Assembly (NCBI RefSeq): GCF_902713615.1
Contig: NW_024055676.1
Span: 744,877-808,876, forward strand
DNA from: Scyliorhinus canicula
Lineage: Eukaryota
Length of the DNA stretch: 64,000 bases
Direction: 5' to 3'
In this document: positions 56,325 to 64,000 of the stretch, piece after piece
Numbering within the stretch: the first letter of the stretch is position 1
How the letters are laid out: each line of letters begins with the position of its first letter
Position numbers and translations under genes: made by a program
Notes under the pieces: model-generated
The model's database searches: none
What the model was told of the DNA's origin: nothing
The model's input: the letters and a program-made list of their open reading frames with translations, nothing else

Positions 56325-58038
56325 CTTCTTCCTCTATTTTTTTGCTTCCAACTCTAACCCATTTGCGTTTTAAAGGGGCTAGTTGAATTAATTTAGTATT
56401 ACGCTTTGTAGGAACACTATCTTCGTCTGATTCATTTGGCAGAGGAATTAATTTATTCATGACACTTGATTTCGGCTGTGCATTTGCCAATTGTGCCACT
56501 AGGTGGGCTGCTTGTTGAGTTTGTGTTACTTCAGCTGCTGTTTGAATCCAGTCTTTTAGGACCTTGCCGCTTTCAGTGGCATTGTTTAAATCTTTTTTTA
56601 AAATATATCTTTCTTCGATTAACTTGCAATTATCATATTCAATTCGCTCAGTTTTTGATTGCAACCTTTGATATCTTGACTCTACTTCAAAAATTTGATC
56701 TTGTAATTCTGCTGTTTGAATAGATAACTTCTGGAGTTTAGAGGTTTTGTTTTGCAATTCTGTTCCAATTTCATCATAATGTTCAAGTTTAGATTCTGCA
56801 TCTTGCAGTTCTCTTTCTAAAACACATTTTTGTTCCATTACCTTGTACTTTTCAAGTTCAATTCTCTCAGTTTTTGATTGCAACTTTTGGTATTTTGACT
56901 CCACTGTAAAAATTTGATTTTGTAATTCTGCTATTTGAGAAGATAACTGCTGGAGTTTAGAAGTTTTGTTTTGCAATTCTGTTCCAATTTCATCATAATG
57001 TTCAAGTTTTGCTTTTGTATCTTGCAATTCTTTTTCTAAAACACATTTTTCTTCAATTAACTTGGAATTTTCAAGTTCAGTTTGATCAGTTTTTGATTGC
57101 AACTGTTTGTATTTTGACTCTACGTCAAAAATTTGATCTTGGAACTCTATTTGAACAGATAACTGCTGGAGTTTAGAAGTTTTGTTTTGCAATTCTGTTC
57201 TAAGTTCATCGTCCTGTTCAAATTTGGATTTTACATCTCGCAATTCTCTTTCTAAAACACAGTTTTCTTCAATTAACTTGTACTTTTCAAGTTCAATTTG
57301 CTCAGTTTTTGCTTGCAGTTTTTGGTTTTTTAATTCCACCTCAAAAATTTGATTTTGGAATTCTGCTAATTGAACAGATAACTGTTGGAATTTGGCATCA
57401 TCCTGTTCAAAACTGAATTCTGCATCTCCCAATTCTTTTTCTAAAACACATTTTTCTTCAATTAACTTGTACTTTTCAAGTTCAATTTGCTCAGTTTTTG
57501 AACGCAGCTGTTGGTTTTTTGATTGCACTTCAAAAATTTGATTTTGTACTTCTGCTATTTGAACAGGCAACTGCTGGAGTTCAGAGATTTTGTTTTCCAA
57601 ATCAGTTCTAATTTCATCGTCAGATTCAAGTTTTACTTTTGCATCTTGCAATTCTTCAACAACTGCAATTAGTTGGTCTTTAGTGGTCCTATATTCATGA
57701 TCAGTTTTATTTTTAGTAATTATCTCTTGCTGTCTGCGTAATTGTCCCATAATTGCCAGGGACCATTTAACACGTTCTGCACTGTGCAATCGTGTGCTTT
57801 TTCCCCATGCTCTCTTGATATTATCAAAGGACCACTGTCCTCTGCGGATATTATACTTTGATTCAATTTTTCTTGAGGTTTCACATAGGTCAAATTGTTT
57901 ACGAAAGAAAGACCCAAAATCCCCCAACATATCTTCAATGGAAACATCTGGTATCCCAGTTCCTCCTTTTACCGTCGTAGGGAGTAAATTTCTGCCTTCT
58001 AAAGGGTCTATATCTATACTTTCATCTGGATCAGCCAT
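56200..58038 (-). pseudogene. gag: gag 5' part with five ~73-aa coiled-coil repeats, frameshifted into the 3' part near 56210
   Basis: ATG about 300 nt after the PBS, heptad-rich repeats with a 219-nt period (e.g. 56746/56965), ending WSKNLPHPK just before the frame switch. Confidence 0.85.
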
Positions 58039-58330
58039 AAATTCAACCTTTCACTTAACTTTTTGTGTGTAGGCTGCGTTAGTCTCAACAACCATTGATT
58101 TAATACAGTCTATAAAAATGTCCTTTTCAGGGGTCGAAGCACTGATTGATGCGGCTTTAAGACTTTTAATGGGTGAAAAAGATATTTCTTACCCCAGTCT
58201 AGCCGTGGATTCCGACTGTCTTCCGATCTCTTCCGATTATTCCCGAAGCTTCCGTCGTCGCCTGATCCTCCTCCGATTTCTCACAAAGCTTTCCGAACCT
58301 CTCCGAAGGTCGAATCAGAACTCCTCCCCC

Positions 58331-58347
58331 GCTGCCTGACTACGCCA
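58331..58347 (-). promoter_or_regulatory. Primer-binding site, tRNA-Ser(AGA/TGA) type
   Basis: TGGCGTAGTC-A-GGCAG, 2 nt after the LTR end, versus the complement of the vertebrate tRNA-Ser 3' end TGGCGTAGTCGGCAGGAT. Confidence 0.8.
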
Positions 58348-58349
58348 AG

Positions 58350-58787
58350 TGTTGTATCTTAGGATTTGATGAGGTTTTGTTTAATTTACGGTTGCCGGTT
58401 GTTGTTGAGACATTGCTGAAACTCAGTAGAAATTCAAGTTAAAAACTTGTCAGGTGCAAATAAGAATTGTTTTATTGAAGTTCATTGGTTACAACTTGAA
58501 AATGATTTAAAAGGTAGTTTGTAGACAATTTGATTTTCTTCAAAGAATCACAGGAATTATCTTCTGAGACAATAGCCTGAACACAACTTTAAAAGTCAAA
58601 GGCTGAAGTCAAAGTATGAAAATGAAATAGGAATACAGAACTCTTTTCTAATTCTCTTCCTTTACTTTCTCTCTCTCTCTCTTTCTGTCTCTTTCTCTCT
58701 GTCTCTGTCTTTCTTTCTTTCTTTCTGTCTTTCTGTCTTAAACAGTCTTACCTATATTAAGTGTATTTAAAATACCTGACTTCTACA
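58350..58787 (-). repeat. 5' LTR, 438 bp, with a ~450-bp internal deletion
   Basis: Colinear with 49146-49576 and 50026-50077 but lacks about 49577-50025. Confidence 0.92.
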
Positions 58788-59290
58788 CCTCCCTTTCACC
58801 ATAACCCGTCAATCCATCTCCACTGTCCTCCCTTTCACCATAACCCATCAATCCATCTCCACTGTCCTCCCTTTCACCATAACCCGTCAATCCATCTCCA
58901 CTGTCCTGCCCTTTCACCATAACCTGTCAATCCATCTCCACTGTCCTCCCTCTCACCATAACCTGTCAATCCATCTCCACTGTCCTGCCCTTTCACCATA
59001 ACCCGTCAATCCGTCTTCACTGTCCTGCCTGTTCACCATAACCCGTCAATCCATCTCCACTGTCCTCCCTTTCACCATAACCCATCAATCCATCTCCACT
59101 GTCCTGCCCTTTCACCATAACCCGTCAATCCATCTCCACTGTCCTCCCTTTCACCATAACCCGTCAATCCATCTCCACTGTCCTGCCCTTTCACCATAAC
59201 CCATCAATCCATCTCCACTGTCCTCCCTTTCACCATAACCCATCAATCCATCTCCACTGTCCTCCCCTTTCACCATAACCCGTCAATCCA
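58788..59290 (+). repeat. 39-40 bp minisatellite, about 13 copies (CCCTTTCACCATAACCCGTCAATCCATCTCCACTGTCCT), derived from a CR1-like tail
   Basis: Periodic TTCACCATAACC, running into CCATTACTGATTAAAAATCT, also seen in the CR1 tail near 18095. Confidence 0.9.
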
Positions 59291-59719
59291 TTACTGATTA
59301 AAAATCTGGAGGGCGACACGGTGGCGCAGTGGTTAGCACTGCTGCTTCACTGCACCGAGGACCTGGGCTTAGTCCTAGCTCAGGGTCACTGTCCATGTGG
59401 AGTTTGCACATTCTCCCCATATCTGTGTGGGTCTCACCCCCACAACACAAAACTGCGCAGGGTAGGTGGACTGGTCATGGTAAATTGCCCCTTAATTGGG
59501 AATTTTAAAAAAAAAATCTGTCCACCTCCTCAAATTTATTGACTGTCCCAGCACCCACCACACTCTTCAGTAGCGAAGTCCACAGATTTACAACCCTTTG
59601 AGAAGTAGTTTCTCCTCATCTCTATTTGAAATTTGCTATTCCTATCTTGAGACAATGACCTCTCATTCTACAATGCCCCACAAGAGGTAGCATCCGCTCC
59701 ATGTCTAATTTATCCATAC

Positions 59720-60990
59720 CTTTCATCAGGTACCTGCTGCTATTGTCTCTCTTGATGGTGGAGGTCATGGGTTTGGAAGGTGCTAAGGAGCCTTGGTGAA
59801 TTACTATAGTGCAACTTGTAGACAGTACACATGGCTGTCATTGTTCGCCAATGGTAGAGGGATTGAATATTTGTGGATGGGGTGCCAATCAAATGGGCTT
59901 GTTTGTCTTGGATGGTGTGAGCTCCTTGAATATTGTTGGAGCTACACTCATCCAGTCAAGAGGAGAGTATTCCATCACACTCCTGACTTGTGGCTTTTCG
60001 ATGCTGGTCTGGCCTTGCGGAGCCAGGAGGTGAATTACTCGCCGCAGGATTCCTCGCCTCTGAGCTGCTCTGGTAGCCACAGTATTTATATATTTGTATT
60101 GTTTTATTCATTTACAGGAAATGGATGTCGCTAGTTGGGCCAGCATTTATTGCCCATCCCGAGTTGCCCTTCAGAAGATGGTGGTGAGTTGCCTTCTTCA
60201 ACCTCTAGTCCAGTTCAGTTTCTGTTCAATGGTAACCCCCAGGATGTTGATAGTATGGGACTCAATGATGATAATGCCTTTAAATGTTTAGGGGTGATCA
60301 TAAGTTCCTCTTTTGTTGGAGATGGTCATTGCCTGGCAGTTGTGTGGCATGAATGTTACTTGCCACTTGTCAGCCCAAGCCCGGATATTGCCCAGGTTGC
60401 TGCATTTGGACATGAACTGCTTCAGTGTCTGAGGAGTCGTGAGTGGTGCCGTAACATCCCCACTTCTGACCTTATGATGGAAGGAAGGTCATTGATGAAG
60501 CAGCTGAAGAAGGTTAGACCTTGGACAGGACCCCGAGGAGCCCCTGCAGTGATGTCCTGAAGCTGAGATGATTGATCTCCAACAACCATCTTTCTTTGTG
60601 CCAGGTTTGACTCCAACCAGCGGACAGTTTACCCGATTCCCATTGACAGTAATTTTGCTGGGACTCCCTGATGCCACACTCGGTCAAATACTGCCGTGGT
60701 GTCAATAAGTCACTCTCAGATCACCTCTGGAGTTCAGCTCTTTTATCTACGTTTGAACCAAGGACATAATGATGTCAGGAGCTGAGTGACCCTGCCAGAA
60801 CGCAACCTGGCATCAATGAGCAGGTTATTGCTGAGCATGTGCCACTTGATAGTACTGTTGATGATCCCTCCATCACTTTACTGATGATTGAGAGAAGACG
60901 GATGAGGCAGTAATGGGTTGGGTTTGACCTGCTCTTTGTGTACAAGACATACAGGGATAATTTTCCACACTGCTGGATAATCAGTAATTT
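59720..60990 (-). mobile_element. Decayed CR1/L2-group LINE RT fragments
   Basis: LESNLAQRKMVVGDQSSQLQDITAGAPRGPVQGLTFFSCFINDLPSIIRSEVGM; YCLIRLLSIISKVMEG; KPQVRSVMEYSPL. Confidence 0.8.
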
Positions 60991-61396
60991 ACTAAGATTC
61001 ACGATAGCTTCCTTTCATTCGTACACCATGTCTACATTAATAAACCAAGGACCCTATTAAACAGATTTATCAACTCCGCTTGTCATAATAAATCAATTTT
61101 GTACATTTACCCCCTAGTATTGTAGATGCTACACTCTGTTTAAAATTGCACCATTTATATACAGCCTCTCCTCCATCTTCCTTCCAAAATCTACCATTGA
61201 CTGTGCCTTGGGGTCAATAACAGTCCCTGTCAGATCTCTCTCTTTTAGAGCTGATTTAAAGTTGTAGATTTTTCTCCAAAGATTAAATTGGGATTGATAT
61301 TCAAATTAAACTATTTTACTGCAGAAACAGCTTCAGCTGGGAGTCTGAATGAAGAGGAAAGATCCCAGACAGTGGGTCTCCCAGGTTCACTGCAGG

Positions 61397-61510
61397 CTGA
61401 GGAAGGAGCTGCGCTCCGAAAGCTCGTGTTTGAAACAAACCTGTTGGACTTTAACCTGGTGTTATAAGACTTCTCACTGTGCTCACCCCAGTCCAACATC
61501 TCCACATCAC
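61397..61510 (+). mobile_element. Solo Penelope pseudo-LTR end beginning at an intact hammerhead core
   Basis: CTGAGGA-A-GGAGC(TGC)GCTCC-GAAA-GCTC-GTG, then GTTGGACTTTAACCTGGTG...CATCTCCACAT. Confidence 0.8.
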
Positions 61511-62390
61511 TGCAGGCCCGACAGCTCAATCAGCTCCACTCTCAGCTCAGGAGAGCTCAGCAGCTCCACACACAGTCCACAGGGGAAAGCTCCTGGTCCA
61601 GTGGGACCAACATTCATGTTCTAACTGACACCATCAATAAAACTGTTAAAAATTCCATTGCTCTTATAACTGGATGGGAAGATGCCAGAATGGAACCCTG
61701 GTTCAAAAGAGCGGAACATTCTTTAATCAAATGTGGATGAAGAGTCACTGGAACCCCGCTAATTCGTTTGAAAAATATTGACAAGGTGGATGTAGGTGAG
61801 CAGAGAGCTGGAGAATCATTAAAGTCCATGCATGAACTTTTGTTCAATTGATATTTAAAACATATTTTATGTTCTATTTACAGCATGTCAATAATTTAGA
61901 AGTGTGAAAGATGATCTGCAGGTGGGGCGGATGAATCTGAGTCAATGGTTGTCACATTTTACTGGAAATGTTTGACATGTTTCGTGATGATGGCTCAAGG
62001 GTTTGTGCTGCTGATTGTGATCATTCTGGTGGCTTTTCTTTGTTATCTACAGTTTATAATCAAGAAATTAGGAAAACAAGGTCACAGCTTAGAAAGAACT
62101 GGGTTAGTCAGAAATCAGTTGTGAGCAGTCAATAAGGATATTCCCTTCTCCAGGTAAGACATCATTGTCCAATACTGTTATAAAATCTTAAGAAATGTAT
62201 TGTGAAGAAAGCTCCCTGGCTTGACAAACACAGGACAGTGACGGCCTGTTATCTCTGCCGAGGACATGTCTCCAGCACAGAACCTGAATCAAGATAAACT
62301 TGATCAGTTGGGGAGGATCTCAGGACCCATATGTAAAGCAGACACCTGGGTAAAGGTTAAACAGGATATCTGAGCAAGAAATGAGCCAGA

Positions 62391-63103
62391 ATGAAAAGCC
62401 GCACCGACCTCCTCAGAAAACGATCACAGGACACGACCGACAGAATACCCTTTGTGGTCCAGTACTTCCCTGAAGTGGAGAAACTACGACATCTCCTTCG
62501 GAGCATTCAACATGTCAATGATGACGACGAATATCACGGCAAGGCCATCCCCACACCCCCACTACTTGCCTTCAATCAACTGCCTAACCTCAAACAGACC
62601 ATTGTTCGCAGCAAAAAGCCTTCAGGAGAACAGTGACACCACACAACCTGCCACGGCAATGTCTGCAAGACACGCCGGATCATCAACATGGATACCACCA
62701 TTACACATGAGAACACCACCCACCAGGTACACAGTACATACTCATGCAACTCGGCCAACATTGTCTACCTCACATTGTTTGTACCTGTAAAGACTCGCAT
62801 TCCAACCATTCTTCACATTCCAATCTGTAATTATCTCGCAATTGTGACTCTGCCGATATATACTGTGGAGATGCCGGCGTTGGACTGGGGTAGGCACAGT
62901 AAGAAGTCTGACAACACCAGGTTAAAGTCCAACAAGTTTGTTTCAAATCACTAGCTTTTGGAGCGCAGCTCCTTCCTCGGGTGAATGATCTATTTATACA
63001 GCATTTGTGAACCTGCCTCCACTGATGAAGGAGCAGCTCTCTGAAAGCTTGTGATTTCAAATAAATCTGTTGGACTTTAACCTGGTGTTGTGAGACTTCT
63101 TAA
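62391..63103 (+). mobile_element. Penelope-like element fragment (C-terminal RT/GIY-YIG region) with two oppositely oriented pseudo-LTR ends
   Basis: RIPFVVQYFP, PTPPLLAF, NLKQTIVRSK, QPCHGNVCKTC and TYSCNSANIVYL. Terminal repeat on - at about 62874-62990 and on + at about 63000-63103. Confidence 0.85.
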
Positions 63104-64000
63104 ACGGCCCTGAGAACCAACCTCCAGCTATTCGTCTAGAACAAGCTTCAGAGTCTCATGAGAATTCATAGAATCTACAGTGCAGAAAGAGACCATTCGA
63201 GTCTGCACTGTCACTTGGAAAGAGCACTCTCCTTCAGCCCACACCTCCAGCTGGGGGCTGGTTTAGCACAGGGCTAAATAGCTGGCTTTTAAAGGAGACC
63301 AAGACAGGCCAGCAGCATGGGTTCAATTCCTGGACCAGCCTCCCCGACCAGGCGCCGGAATGTGGCGACTGGGGGCTTTTCACAGTAACTTCATTTTTTG
63401 AAGCCTACTTGTGACAATAAGCGATTTTCATTTAATTCCCCCCCCCCCCCCCCCCCCCCCCACCCCATCCCTGTAACGAGGTAACCGTACCTAACCTTTT
63501 TGGACACTAAGGACAATTTAGCATAGCCAATCCACCTAACCTGCACATCTTTGGACATGGGAGGAAACCGAAGCACCCAGAGGAAACCCACGTACACACA
63601 GGGAGGACATGCAGATTCCACATTTACAGTGACCCAAGCGGTAATCAAACCTGGGACCTGCTGCTGTGAAGCAACAGTATTAACCACTGTGCTACCATGC
63701 CACCCAGAAATGATTTGTTTCTGAGAACGCTTCACTCCAACTAAAGGAACAGCTCGACAACACCTGCAGCGATATACAGATTGCAGTACACATTCCATAT
63801 TCACAATTCCAGCCTCAACTCGATCTGTATCTAATTTCTGTGTATGAGTCAGTGAGTGTGAAAGAGATGAGGGACTGAGATGTTCAAACATCCGGGGAAA
63901 CTGTGATAGTAAATAACCTTCTTTCCTTATAAAAATCGCCAGAAAGCCTGCTGCTGAAATGTATCTTAAATTAAGACAAACCACCCTGACGGTAAGAAAA

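Larger units (their letters stand above)
49146..58787 (-). mobile_element. Full-length endogenous retrovirus, class I (gamma/epsilon-like), replication-defective
   Basis: Paired TG...CA LTRs, PBS, PPT and gag-pro-pol-env order. Only a 3-nt CCT match at the flanks, so the TSD is imperfect. Confidence 0.96.

Noticed and set aside
61960-62130. Short hydrophobic frame (AQGFVLLIVIILVAFLCYLQFIIKKLGK) resembling an env TM anchor of a second ERV
   Set aside because: No ISD, CX6CC, PPT or recognisable LTR pair nearby, so there is too little to call.

Overview
Cartilaginous-fish genomic DNA, probably a catshark-like shark judging from the gene architecture and repeat families (inference). 1.4-23.7 kb (+): one complete, apparently intact, germline cluster-type IgM heavy-chain locus, L-VH-D1-D2-JH-Cmu1-Cmu2-Cmu3-Cmu4/secretory tail-TM1-TM2, with RSS order 23 / 12-22 / 12-12 / 23. 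Its 12.6-kb J-C intron holds a young 376-bp-arm palindromic Penelope insertion with hammerhead motifs. Just upstream of Cmu1 are a G-rich ~20-mer array and an AGCT-dense 29-mer array that resemble switch regions. 24-48 kb: a decaying C2H2 zinc-finger cluster (two long arrays, several relics, three related GC-rich promoters) interleaved with two intron-containing tRNA (pseudo)genes (Pro-CGG, Arg-TCT), CR1/L2/Penelope fragments, many tRNA-derived SINEs and hairpin MITE-like elements. 49.1-58.8 kb (-): a full-length class I (gamma/epsilon-like) endogenous retrovirus with a tRNA-Ser PBS, a Gag carrying five ~73-aa coiled-coil repeats, a candidate -1 gag-pro slippery site, frameshifted pol, an open env, and a 5' LTR missing most of U3. 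The last 5 kb are repeats. All coordinates were read by eye and repeat boundaries are approximate.
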